DNA of 63,590 nucleotides, filler included, from Reclinomonas americana ATCC 50394 (lineage: Eukaryota), in the NCBI GenBank assembly GCA_048213135.1. It is 5 parts of 4 records of this genome, joined end to end, with 100 filler letters (N's around TTAATTAATTAA, not from the genome) between each part and the next. Parts side by side here need not be neighbours in the genome. Positions count along the whole stretch, not along the records: positions 15,820 to 38,336 come from PS015888.1; 4 more parts are not named here. One strand, given 5' to 3'. This document shows positions 25,167 through 37,448 of the stretch, in pieces. Made by a program: the position numbers and the translations under genes. Within the stretch, counting starts at the first letter, position 1. Every line of letters starts with the position of its first letter. The notes below the pieces were generated by a model. That model had not been told where the DNA came from. It made no database searches and saw nothing but the letters and a program-made list of their open reading frames with translations.

Positions 25167-27860
25167 CTAGTGCACCTCCTGCGTCAGACTGCCAAGCTTC
25201 TCCCGCAAGGCACAGAGCACCGTCCGCGCGCTCTCTGACGTCGGGCGCTCCTCTTCGAAGAGCGACATGCACCTGAACATTCAATCATAAGATCTAAGAG
25301 AAATCAGACGATCTGTGGGGGAGACCAGCACACGAAACTGCACCCCTGTCTTCAGCATCCCTTGCGCGACGTCCACGGGCCAGTTCCCAGCCGATGAATC
25401 TGCTTCTGCGACTGCATCCACAGCGTCTAGCGATCGCTCCCAACGCATCGCCTGGGCAACTACAAGGCGCGCCTCACGACCAGTCAAAAGCTGCAGCAGT
25501 ACCAGACCGACGGCGTGCATGTCCATCGACTTGCGGATTTCACCACAGCGGAGAACTATCGGGTCGATGTAGAACCACGAACCAGCATGAGTCTTTGTGT
25601 GCTGATGAGTCTGTTCGACGTGAGAGGGAGCGAGAAAAAAGCCAACACGGCGCATCTGGTAGCAAACCTGCCCCTCCTCAAAGATTCGGGAGATGCCAAA
25701 GTCGCCAACTCGCGGTTCTCCGGCTTGGTCAAGAAGGATATTAGAGGGCTTCAAATCTCGGTGCACCACATCGTTCTGCATTTTTTGCCAGCCAAGACCT
25801 ATGAATGAAGAGGCAGAGGAGAACACACTGCGATGTGCATGTCACCTGATGCAGGAAGCACACGCCCTCGAGAATTCCGAGGGCAATTTGCACGCGATCG
25901 ATCAGCTGCTCGCTTTAGCAAGCGCACTTCCAGATCATATCCGCTGTGTAGAACGAGGACAAGAGAGAATACGGATGGTCAACACTTGAATATATACCGA
26001 TTAGTAAGCACATGCGCGCGTGTATCTCACCGCATAGCCTGGTAAACGAGACATTGCTCCCGAGCTCCGTCCTCTTCGTACGTGGAGTATCCCAACAACG
26101 ACACAAGTCGACGATGTCGCAGTCGACCGATTGTGTTGAGCTGTGGAACGCAGAAGTCGTCAGACAAGAGCAGCAAAAAATACTCGCAGTTTTCATCACC
26201 TCCGCCTCGTAGGATTCGTTTGCCCACGGCGCGCTGCTGTCCAACCGCTTGACGGCCACGTCTTGGCCATCGAGCTGCACAAGGTACACTTCACCTTGGC
26301 CACCTTCTCCGGCCTTGTACTTGCGGTCAAAGGACTCGGTAGCATGCACGATCTCGGTCCATTCGTACTTGCGCAACTGGGGGGTATTCGCGCGTGCCGC
26401 TGTGTGGGGAGGAATCGCGACCTCAGAAACGCAAACGCACGATGAATGATATACGAAATACTCACCGCTGACGGTCGCCAGGTCCTGCCGCAGACGCATG
26501 ACCTCGCGAGCGAGTTCGGCGGATTGTTGTCGCTCAGTGGCGAGCGACTGCTCGAGGAAGCGTCGAGCTTCGGATTCTCCGAGTCGTCTCTTCTCCGAGG
26601 CCCTGGCCGAGAGCTCCAAGTCGCGTTGCAGTTGCGACACGAGCTGCTTCTCCTCGGCAATGGCCTGTTCCAGCTGTCGCACTTGCTCTTCAGCCTTGGA
26701 AGCGCGATCCTCGGTTGCAAGCAACTGGCGATTTTCTTCGTCAAGCGCATTATGCAGCGTTGCGATTGCCGCCTCGTGCTCCTCGCGTTGCTGAAGTAGC
26801 TGCCGCTCGAATTCGCGTTGCTGATCCAGGCGCTCTGTCTGCACAACCTCAACCTCGCGTTGTAACTGCACGACGGTGGACTGCATGTCGAGTGGCTGGT
26901 TACCGACGATTCCGTTGCGAAGAACCTGTGGATATCATTGCAAAATGACGGGGCGGAGGTGAGAGAGCACGACGCATAGCACAAATGGAGGTGCATGTCA
27001 GCAGCGGACGAACCTGACGCACTGTCGCGGTGATGGACGTCGCTAGAAACAAATTGAAGTCAGAGTCAGCAACGGAAAAGTGAGTATGACGACGTGTACA
27101 ATGGCACGAAGTGCATACCTGCGGCTGAGCTGTATTCGCCATGACCTTCAGATAGCTGGTCGGCGCTATCGAGGATCATTTCAAGATGCAGCTTGTCGAG
27201 AAAGGCAGCAATCCTCCTGAACGGCTTCTGGAGTGGATACTCATTTCCTCGGAGTCGAGCAACCGAAGCAGCTGTCTGGCCTTGACTGTTGGCGAGGGGA
27301 ACGAGATTGGGGTAGGCTGCGGCAAGGAGCTGAACGATGACCTCGTTGCCACCATATGCCGCGAAATGCAGTGCAGTTGATTTGCCGACCATCCTGGAGT
27401 CATCGCTCGCGATTGTTTGCTTGACCACTGTCTCTGGGGGGCAAATGCGTGTGTTCACAAGTAGCCAGCCAACAACGTGTAAATGAGCGGACTTCGCGGC
27501 AATCATGAGAGGCGTGCGGCCATGCTTGTCGACCGCGCAGGCAAGCTCAGGTCCAACACTGCTCTCTGTCCACAGGTATTGCAGCTTGTCAAGGTCACCA
27601 CTCCGCGCAGCCACGTGGAAAGGCGATTCTTGGGAGTCGTAGTACATCTCCGTCTGCAAGAGTGCCGCCGCGCCGTGCTGAGCAACAGCTGCACGCAAGA
27701 CGTCAGGCGCACCGTAAAAGTTTTGTTGCCAAGTCTGTTTCTTCTCAGCCAGCAAGCGTTCTTTCTCTCTTTCCGCTTCGTATTGTCGTTGTCGCTCCCT
27801 CTCCGACAATGTATCCCACCGTTGCATGAGTGACAAAGATGAAACACATGGGTGGGACAT
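25167..27860 (-). CDS. Ankyrin-repeat + coiled-coil + IRAK/RLK-Pelle-like protein kinase; one apparent frameshift near 25915
   Basis: Ankyrin repeats ESPFHVAARSG, GRTPLMIAAKS, STALHFAAYGG; long coiled coil; YEWTEIVHATESFDRKYKAGEGGQGEVY, VAVKRL, LRHRRLVSLLGY, HRDLKPSNILLD, GDFGISR, GSWFYIDP, LLQLLTG, ERPT. Confidence 0.88.
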
Positions 27861-27907
27861 ACTTGCGACTAGGACTTTCACAACATCGCTGCGATCTACG
27901 AAGTCGA

Positions 27908-30000
27908 TGCACGCAGTGGCCGTGGTGCACCTCCTTCTCCGTTTCTCTCTCTGCCCCTCGCCTGCTGCTGACGCCCTCCTGTCACACAGTCACTTGTCTT
28001 TCTGCTGATCATCCTCGCTGCTCGTTACGTATCTCTCTCTCTCTCTCCACTCCCTCTCCTTCTCTCGCTGACCCCTCCACACACACACACACAGCATCTG
28101 CCTCCTCGACCACATGCACCTTCCCCTGGTCACTCTTCCGCGACTCGGCCACCACCTCCACACACCTCCTCACCGCACCCTTTCGCATTCATCGCGAATG
28201 TGCGCGCCAACATCGCGCATGGTTGCAGCTCAATGCACAGCTGCTGAGCCTCACTGCACCGCGATATGGTGCCGAGCAGGTGTTGTGGGATGAGCAGGAG
28301 GAGGAGGAGGCGGCGAGTGAGGCGATTGTGCGGGCGGGATATCGTCTGCGTCGGCATGCACAGTTTGATAGGGTGAGCTGAGAGATGGAGGGCGAGGGAG
28401 GGAGGGAGGATGGCAGTGTGACTGCTGTTCTTGGTCTTGAGCTGGGGGGAGACAAGTGAGGCAGGGCGACTGCATGCAATCTCGGGAAACGGTTGTAGCG
28501 TGCAGTGAGAGTTGCTTGCTGTTCTTGGGCTCGAGCTGGAGGAGTCAAGTGAGGAAAAGGCTTCAGGGTGTGTGCGTCTCGGGAACGGGTGGCAGTGTTT
28601 CAGTGAGAGCTGTGTCATCGCCTGCTGAGAGACAAGTGAGGGGATTGTCGGGCGTGTGGCTGTGTTCGTGAGAAGGCCTCAAGAAAGCTGTGACTGTCTG
28701 TGAATCTCGAGTGGTGGCAAGGCTGGCTGTGCGACAACGAGTGTTTGCAGCTCTCAGTCTCTGGGGAGTCAAGTGGTTGTGTATGTGAGGAAAAGGCTTC
28801 AAGGTGTGAGGAAGAGCGACTGTCTGTAAATCTCGAGCGATGGCAAGGGTGGCAGTGTTGCAGCGAGGTTTTGCAGTTCACAGTCTCGAGTTGGAGAAGG
28901 CGAGGAAATGTCTTCCAGGCAGTGAAACACAGAACACGTTGTGCGCCGAGGTCAGAGGTCACCAAATCGATGGCTGTTGAGAGGCAGCACCGTTTCCTTC
29001 TCTCTTTCTCTCTCCCATCTATTCCCCTTTCGCACCTCTTCACCCCCACCCCCTCCCCCCACCCCCTCCTCCCCACAGAACACCGGCTACTTCGACATGA
29101 ACTCCGTGGTGCAGCTGCCTCGCCCTCGCCCTCCCTCCCCTCCCTCGCCCCTTTTCCACCCCTCATTTTCCGTCGTCCTCGACAATGCCGTTGCGTTTTC
29201 CCCTTTGTTCACCACTATCCCCATCCCCCTCACTTAATGCACTTCAGCTGGTCTCCCCCGACGACGAAGTATTCACGGCGCAACACGTCTTTCTCGCCCG
29301 CTCCTGCATGCCGCGCAGTCGCGACTTTTCATACATGTGGACAGCAGAGTCGTCGGTGCTGCTGGTCGACACGGTGTTGCCGCTGCTGCAGCACCACTCG
29401 GACGCATTCTTCCACATTATTGTCGAGTCGCTCACGCGCCTGATCCAGGTGTGGCGCACCTCCCCGTGTTGCGACACGCTCTCCTTCTCAACTCAGCTGC
29501 GTGCAGGTCTGGAGCGAAGTGTATCCGAATCGCAGCATCCTCATCCTCGCCAAGACGAGCCACTACGGACCGGCTGTGACGTACGAGCTCTTTGAGAGTG
29601 TGGGCATTCCGCGTGAGCGAGTTTCGTAGCGTCGACGCATGTGGTGGGTCAAAAGGTGCTCTCTTTCTTACTTTCTTCGCACAGATCATTCTCGATCCAC
29701 CACCCGTGATGGCCCGCAAGGTCTACTTTGTCAGCGGCGTGTCGTGCTGCCAGCCGCACCCGCAGTTGGTCACCGAGTTGGCGCGGGTGGTGAACGTGGT
29801 GCACGGTGAGATGGTTCGCGTTGCCATGCGAGAGGTGTTTGAAGGTGCGTCGGGGGGAGGGAAGTCAATAGGGAAAGAGGGGAGAGGTTGTTCGTATTGG
29901 TCACGATCAATCACCGTTTGATCTCGCGGTGAGAGAGAGAAAGAAATGATTGCGTAGACTTCATATGAAAAAGGGTGCAGGTGGGGGGCGGAGGGGGGTG

Positions 30001-30036
<36 letters not shown>

Positions 30037-30782
30037 TGCATGCGTAGGGTGCAGGGAGAGCTCGCTCGCTCGCCGCACTCAGGCAGTTGATGCACTTGCT
30101 CACCGAGAGGCACAACATCCACGTTCTGCATGCTCACAAGCTCTTCTCTTTTCTTTATCCTCAGGCCAGCAACTCTGGTGGTCCTCGCCCGCCCACCTCG
30201 CCCACCACCACCGCCGCCGTCGCGTTCTCATCCTACGTCGTCTGGGCACCCGACAACTCACCAATCACGACGAGGTGTGTTTCCCCGTCTCCCTCTTCCC
30301 TCCATCCCTCCATCCCTCCCTCACATCTCCCACTGCAGGTGATTGCCATGATGATCGACAAGTTCCCGCACTTTGACCTGGCGGTAATGGGCCCCTCCGC
30401 CTCGGTGGCGGAGGGCATGGCGCAGGCGGCTCGTGCCGACATTGTGTTCGGGCCTCACGGCGCCGGCTTTGCGTTCCGCGCGCTGGTCGCTCGTCGGCCG
30501 TGTGCACACGTGGAGATTACGCCGGCGTCGGGCTTCCCCGCCGGCCAGCCGTGGGATCCGTGTCAAGTGGTTGTGGCGGTGGCACAGGTGCTTGAGAGAT
30601 GAGGGAGGGGAGCGACTGATACAAAGAGCGTGCTGTTCACTGATCTGTTTGTGCAGGGCTGTCAAGCATTTGTGTACACGGACATGAACGCCACTCGCAA
30701 CACCGACCTCTATGCGCCCGTCGGCGACGTGCAATGGTTGCTGGAGCAGGCGGATCAGTACCTCGAATCGCAGGGTGGCTGA
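27908..30782 (+). CDS. Glycosyltransferase family 61-like (DUF563) protein, multi-exon; start uncertain
   Basis: FFHIIVESLTRL, VLILRRLGTRQLTNHDEV and ARADIVFGPHGAGF..HVEI (GT61 HGAG motif); hydrophobic N-terminus MHAVAVVHLLL. Confidence 0.75.
28420..28920. repeat. Degenerate intronic tandem repeat
   Basis: Recurrent gtgaggaaaaggcttca, gactgtctgt.aatctcgag, gggtggcagtgtt and gagacaagtgagg. Confidence 0.65.
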
Positions 30783-31339
30783 TCCTATCTGGCAAGCGCC
30801 ATCATTCTTATGGGTGAGTGTATCACGCTGCAGTACTGTAGTGCTGAGCACTCATCAGCTGTTGTATTGCAGCCAGTGCTCGTGTGTTGATCGCTTTGTG
30901 TTCAGCGCTGCTCAACGCAGAGGCGAGTGGTCGGTGAGCAGCACATCAACTTTGGAGTTGTGGTGAGCTTCGGCAACCGCGCTGTCTCTTCGAGCACTGT
31001 TGTTGATGTGTGCACACCAGTTGTGTCAAGTAGTGCTGCAGCACCCAGTCACTGTGCTGCTGGAGCTATCCGTGTTTTTGTCGACTGCTCGAATGACAAC
31101 TCGGTGCACTTGGCTTGCGTGGCATTTGCGTTAAATCTTTAGGTGGCCGGTCTCTCATCTCTCATTACAGCAGCTCCAATAGTTGCTCCTGTGTTGACAC
31201 CAAGCAGGACGAGTATCCAGCTCATGGCTGCTCATCGAGAGTGCGTCTTTCGCTCTTTCGTTTGACTCCAGCACTGCTCAGCACTCATCTAGAGTTGCAG
31301 TTTGCAGCAGTCGCTCTGACATTAACTCAAGCTCTTCCG

Positions 31340-32000
31340 AACGCTTATCTGCTGCACGACAAGCGATGGAGCTGTGTCGTTTCTCGTTGAGTGGCGACTC
31401 GGTGAGTTTATCACGCTTTTCTTGGCTCAACCACTGCTTGATCCTCACCTGCGTCTGCAGGATTAAAGGGTCAGAAGATCAGCTCATAGGTGTGCGGAGA
31501 GTGTCAACTGTGAGTCTGTCGCGCGTTCGTTTTGCTCACTTACTCAGCATCTGCAGGTTCCCGAGGCAGTCTTGAATCGGGAGCGAGAGGTATGATATTC
31601 AGTGCATAGAGTGACGACTCGGTGAGTCTGTCTCTACTTATTTGCATCAGCCACTGCTTGTTCCTCATCTGCAGCAGCTTGTGTCCAAGGCTGTCGTGAA
31701 TCGGAGCGAGAGGTCAGATATTCAGTGCATAGAGTGGCAATTAGGTGAGTCTGTCGCGCGTTGTTTGGCTTACTCATTGCTTGACACTCACCTACGTCTG
31801 CAGAATTCAAAGGGTCAGACAATCAGCTCAAGTGTGCAGAGAGTGTCAACTGTGGGTCTTCTTCAATTTCGTTTGTCTTTGGTCACTGCTTGACACTCAT
31901 CTGTATCTGCAGGTTTCAAAGGCTCCGTTGTGATTTTGGGTGCGAGTGGTCATCTCATAGCTGTGCATAGATTGGCGACTCGGTGAGTCTGTCTCACCTC
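31340..32000 (+). repeat. Degenerate ~110-125 bp tandem repeat, about 6 units
   Basis: gactcggtgagtctgtc-like motif at ~31396, 31509, 31616, 31744, 31849 and 31977; most are followed by ..ctcac/ctcat..ctgcag. Confidence 0.7.
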
Positions 32001-33263
32001 ATTTGCCTCAGCTACTGCTCGCCACTCATCCGCACCTGGTCTTCCCAGTGTCTCCCGACTCCTCCCACTTGCCTCCACTGTCATGTCGATGCCCTCCGCC
32101 CCTTTCCCTTCACCCTTTCCCCCACCTCTTCCCACCCCTTTCCCTTTCTTGTTTCACATCTCCATAGTACACTCAAACCACCATCATGTGCGCATCGCCT
32201 TCGCACACACTCTTTAAAAATTGCCTCCCCTCTTTTTCTTCCGACTACTTTTGTTACACCCACGGCCACCCGGTCACCGCCGCCGACGGCGACACCCCAC
32301 CAAGCACCCACATGTCGACCGANNNNNNNNNNNNNNNNNNNNNNNNNNNNNNNNNNNNNNNNNNNNNNNNNNNNNNNNNNNNNNNNNNNNNNNNNNNNNN
32401 NNNNNNNNNNNNNNNNNNNNNNNNNNNNNNNNNNNNNNNNNNNNNNNNNNNNNNNNNNNNNNNNNNNNNNNNNNNNNNNNNNNNNNNNNNNNNNNNNNNN
32501 NNNNNNNNNNNNNNNNNNNNNNNNNNNNNNNNNNNNNNNNNNNNNNNNNNNNNNNNNNNNNNNNNNNNNNNNNNNNNNNNNNNNNNNNNNNNNNNNNNNN
32601 NNNNNNNNNNNNNNNNNNNNNNNNNNNNNNNNNNNNNNNNNNNNNNNNNNNNNNNNNNNNNNNNNNNNNNNNNNNNNNNNNNNNNNNNNNNNNNNNNNNN
32701 NNNNNNNNNNNNNNNNNNNNNNNNNNNNNNNNNNNNNNNNNNNNNNNNNNNNNNNNNNNNNNNNNNNNNNNNNNNNNNNNNNNNNNNNNNNNNNNNNNNN
32801 NNNNNNNNNNNNNNNNNNNNNNNNNNNNNNNNNNNNNNNNNNNNNNNNNNNNNNNNNNNNNNNNNNNNNNNNNNNNNNNNNNNNNNNNNNNNNNNNNNNN
32901 NNNNNNNNNNNNNNNNNNNNNNNNNNNNNNNNNNNNNNNNNNNNNNNNNNNNNNNNNNNNNNNNNNNNNNNNNNNNNNNNNNNNNNNNNNNNNNNNNNNN
33001 NNNNNNNNNNNNNNNNNNNNNNNNNNNNNNNNNNNNNNNNNNNNNNNNNNNNNNNNNNNNNNNNNNNNNNNNNNNNNNNNNNNNNNNNNNNNNNNNNNNN
33101 NNNNNNNNNNNNNNNNNNNNNNNNNNNNNNNNNNNNNNNNNNNNNNNNNNNNNNNNNNNNNNNNNNNNNNNNNNNNNNNNNNNNNNNNNNNNNNNNNNNN
33201 NNNNNNNNNNNNNNNNNNNNNNNNNNNNNNNNNNNNNNNNNNNNNNNNNNNNNNNNNNNNNNN

Positions 33264-34676
33264 GCCCTGCACGTGGAAAGGCGGCATCGTGCGAGGCGAC
33301 ACCTCGTCCATTTCCTGGTCGTCACCAGCAAAGCCGTACCCGTCGCCCCCTCCTTCGTACTCGAGTTCCCCTTCCTCTTCTCCTTCCTCTTCTTCGTCGG
33401 CGTATTCTCCTTCCCCATCTTCGACCTGATGACCGTAGGGCGCGAGTGGAGCGGCCACCACGGCGGCTGCGCTCATTTCGTGATCGTCGTCGGTCTCCAT
33501 GCGCATTGACTGCGGAGGCGCCGCGGAATAGAAGCGAACGCTCACATCGCTCGACGCCAGATCGTTCTCGTGCACCATCACACTGATCTCGGAGCTGGAG
33601 GCCGTCGACGACGTCAAGCTGTTTCTCCGCGGTCGATCGCGTGGCGTCGACATGCCACTCGTGCCGCCGCTACCAATGCCACCACCACCACCACCATTAC
33701 CGTGAACCCCACCGCGACCGGCGATCGTGCTACGTGTGCCATACGAGTGGTGCTGGCGGGCGCTGGCGGGCGCCGGTGGCAAGTCGTCCTCGTCGAAATC
33801 GAAACCCTCATCGCCATCGTCGGACTCGTTGCTGTCCGTATCGTCGCGCATGCGCTTGCGTGGACTCTCCGACTCCTGGCAACGGAAAGGGGGGAGACGT
33901 GAGCGTCGATACGCAATATAAGAAGACTGAGATCGATCATAAAACTTGCCATGAGCACCGGCAGCTCGGGGATGCGTCGACACGCGGCCGCAAACGACAA
34001 GTCCAACGAGTCGAACTCGCCACGCGACACACGCCGCCGCAGATTGGAGAACCAGCTGCGCGAGGAATCGTTGGCGTGAGCGAAACGCATCGCGCGGAGA
34101 GCGCGACTCGCCACAAACGTACCGATTCTTGATGCTCGAAGGGCTCCTGCCTGGCAGCGCCATTTGCAGCACGGCCCATTTGTTGCCGCAGTGCTCCCGC
34201 AGAAGCAGCACGCGCACGTCCTGCGTGGGGAATGACGAGAGTCGGAAAATCGAAAACAACCAGCGTCTCTCTTCTCCACACAAACCTCCTCGGCCTCCCA
34301 CGGATCGGTGCGCAGATCGGGATCGAGATGATTGCAGAAGCGCTCGCGACACTGCTTCCCCGTGCGTCCCGTACCCAGTCTCCGCGCGACCGCCGCCCAG
34401 TGGCCACGTGGAATCGCTTGCACGGCCCTGTTGGTCACAGCACACATCATGATCAATGATCTTTTCTCGCACAATACTCGAGCAAGGCAAAAGAGAGAGA
34501 GACGCAACTCTCTCAACCGCGCATCCTCCCTCTCCGTCCACACANNNNNNNNNNNNNNNNNNNNGACAGCGCGTGCCACACACTCACCCATCGCTGCGGA
34601 AGGAGACGGCCAACACACCGCCGCGCTCTCCAATGGAGGTGGAGTAGCGCTGGGCGATGCCACTGGACCCAAACAT
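33264..34676 (-). CDS. R2R3-Myb transcription factor; 3' end runs into the gap at 32323-33263
   Basis: VWTEREDARLRE|AVQAIPRGHWAAVARRLGTGRTGKQCRERFCNHLDP..WEAEE|DVRVLLLREHCGNKWAVLQMALPGRSPSSIKNR|WFSNLRRR. Confidence 0.9.
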
Positions 34677-36150
34677 GGTCACCGCACCAGAGTTGTACAG
34701 GTCACGCTGTGTGCGCGACGGGTGCGAGTATGTGTGAGCGTCGATTTTTTTCGACTGACGGAGAGAACAGAAACGGGGAGATTCACACACAACAACACAC
34801 ACTTGTCTCGCTCTCTCTTCTCTCTCTTCTCTCTATGTGATGAAGGACAGTACGAATGAGATGCAGGAGACAACACCGAAAGACGAGGAGCAGGCGAATG
34901 AGGCAAGTGCAACAACCGATCCGTTTTTTTGTTCAAGCACCGCCCTTATTGCAATAACGCACCGGATCCGATGAACGATACATCGTAGCTACTCTTGCAC
35001 GCGTGTGTGCGTGAGTCGAGCGAGAGCGTGCGGAGGGAGCGTGTGTGAATGTGATTAAGTCCTCGCTCCGACACTGCCCCGAAAAAAACTGTTGTTGATT
35101 GCCGATTTCGAACAACGCAGCGGTTGAGATTTGTTGAGTTGTCCCACAGGTGGCACACATCCGCCGGAGGCAAATCACGGAGTGGACGCATCCATTTCGC
35201 ATGCGGCCCGTGCTGCACTCGTTACAGTGCCGCGATGAATGCGCGCGCTGATACGTGATGTTGTTGTTTCCTGGTGAGGAAACTGGTCCGCGTTCGTGAT
35301 TCCGTATCCAGCAAGACTGAGAGTTGCGTCCGAAATCTTGTACAAGGTGGGAGGAAGAAAGGTGGGAGGAGAGGGCGGGTCGTCGTCGATGGAGAGGGGT
35401 CTGGAATCAGTTGCAATCAAGGCAAAGTTCGTTGATAATTTCCTCCGAACAATTCCACTGCAAAATTAGGTCATGTTTATTGCGCACAAGTACTGTCTTC
35501 GCTTTCAAGTTTACCGATAAGGCTGCGACGATGTTTGTGATTGCGTGATGGCGCGAGGGACAGTCGGCTGGGATGTCAGTTTTGATCGATATCTTGGGCG
35601 ATCAAGAGAGCATTTGCTCGTTTGTTGGTGAATTCGATTAATACAAATGTCTTCGAATAACAACCGCGCCTACCACCTGCTCACGCCACCACTGATATGA
35701 GCCTCACCAATAACATGTCAAGCTCTCTTTGCACAACAATGAGCATCTACCAGTGGCTGTTGCTGGTTTTGGTGCAAGAATTTGTTGCTGTTGCGTTGTT
35801 CATCGCGCGCGAGTGCAATTTGCAATGGAAACAGCTCTACTTTCTGGTGCACTATTGGCGCCCTGTAACGATCTAGTTCCACCGACGATGGCCAGCCAAA
35901 TGCAAGCATTCTCCCGTTCCAGGATTACAGTACGTCGCATGTGTTCGAATCAAATACCGCGAAGCTCGAAGTCCTCGTCAACCTCGACAGACCCACGCAC
36001 ACGACCCACGACCACACCCGCAACCTATCTCCATCTTTATCAACAGCGCTTGTGGCCACTCACAGCGCCGAGTCCGCGACTCCCTTCTCGACTTCATCAC
36101 TTCGCAGGACAATTTCCCACCCACCCCCTTTCCCTCTCGACCCCTCTCGC

Positions 36151-37390
36151 ATGGACGCCCTCGCCAACTCGCCCCTCGTGTGGAGCGTCGGCGCCGCCAC
36201 CCTCGTCTCCCTCCTCTCCGTCGTCGGCATCTCCATCATCCCGCTGACTACCAAACGCTTTTCGCGCGCCAATTCCGCCGACGCCAAGAAGAAAAAGGAC
36301 GACGATGCAGTCGACACGGCCTCCTCCGCCGCTGCCACGTCACCACTGCCCAGCTGGGCCATGTGCTTCCTCTTGGCACTGGCTGCGGGCTCACTGATGG
36401 GCGAGTGTGCCACACACTCATTGCCCGAGGTGTGTGTGTGTGTGCGGCGATTCTTTTTCCGCGAGTTGTCTCTCTCACACTGACTGGCAGGTGTTCTCCG
36501 CGCACGATCACGACGAGTCCTCCAGTCGTGGTCTCTACTTCCTCCTCGGCTTTTTTGTGTGCGCTGTGGTCGATTCCATTGTGCATGTGTTCAACTCGCA
36601 CCACCACCACCATCATGGCCACAAGCACCACCAGCATGACAAGAACAGCAAGCACACGCGTGTGTTTGGCTGGGTGAATCTGTTTGCCGACCTCGTGCAC
36701 AACTTCTTTGACGGCCTGGCTCTCGCGGTGGCGTTTCGTGGCTCGTGGACCGCCGGTGTCAGCACGACTGTGGCGGTGATTCTGCATGAAATCCCGCAAG
36801 AGCTGGGCGATTTCGGGGTGCTGCTGGCAGCAGGCTTCTCGGTGCGTGGTGCACTGGTCGCCAATGCTATCAGTGCCCTGTCGTGTGTCGTGGGCTCGGT
36901 GGTGCCGTTTGTGCCGGCGCTGGTGATGTTGGCCGACAAGGGCGGTGCGTTTCACAAAGCGTTATTGTCAGTTGTCAGTCTCCTCTCCCTCACTGTGGAT
37001 CCCTGAGCAGTGTCGACGCCACCGTGGATGGCCGCCGTGTCGGCCGGTGCACTGATCTACACGGCATGCGCCTGCATCGTGCCGCAGCTGGTGGAGGAGA
37101 TTAGCCGCAGTTCGCGTCGCGGCACCCTGCTTAATGCGGTGCTGGCGCTGCTGGCGCTGTCGATTGGCATCTACGTGACGGTCATTGCGCACTCCCATGA
37201 TCACGGCCACGGCGGTCATGCGCATGGTCACAGTCACGGACACCACGACAGCCACGCACACGCCCACGCTCACCACGAGAGTCACGGACACAGTCATCAC
37301 CACGAGAGTCACGGACACAGCCACCACCATCATGGCAGTCACCACCATCATGCGATTCTCCACCAACACGACCACGACCACCACCATTAA
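36151..37390 (+). CDS. ZIP (SLC39) zinc transporter, LIV-1 subfamily, with His-rich C-terminal tail; 3 exons
   Basis: LLALAAGSLMGECATHSLPE, His-rich loop, NLFADLVHNFFDG, VILHEIPQELGDFGVLL and AVSAGALIY. Confidence 0.92.
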
Positions 37391-37448
37391 GTAGAAGCGC
37401 GCATAGGAGAACCTGGGTTGTGAACAATATACAACTATTCCTACTGCA

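Noticed and set aside
34700..36150. 1.4-kb region between the divergent Myb and ZIP genes
   Set aside because: No recognisable ORF, tRNA or snRNA by eye; probably promoter/UTR. An Rfam scan would be needed to exclude an ncRNA.
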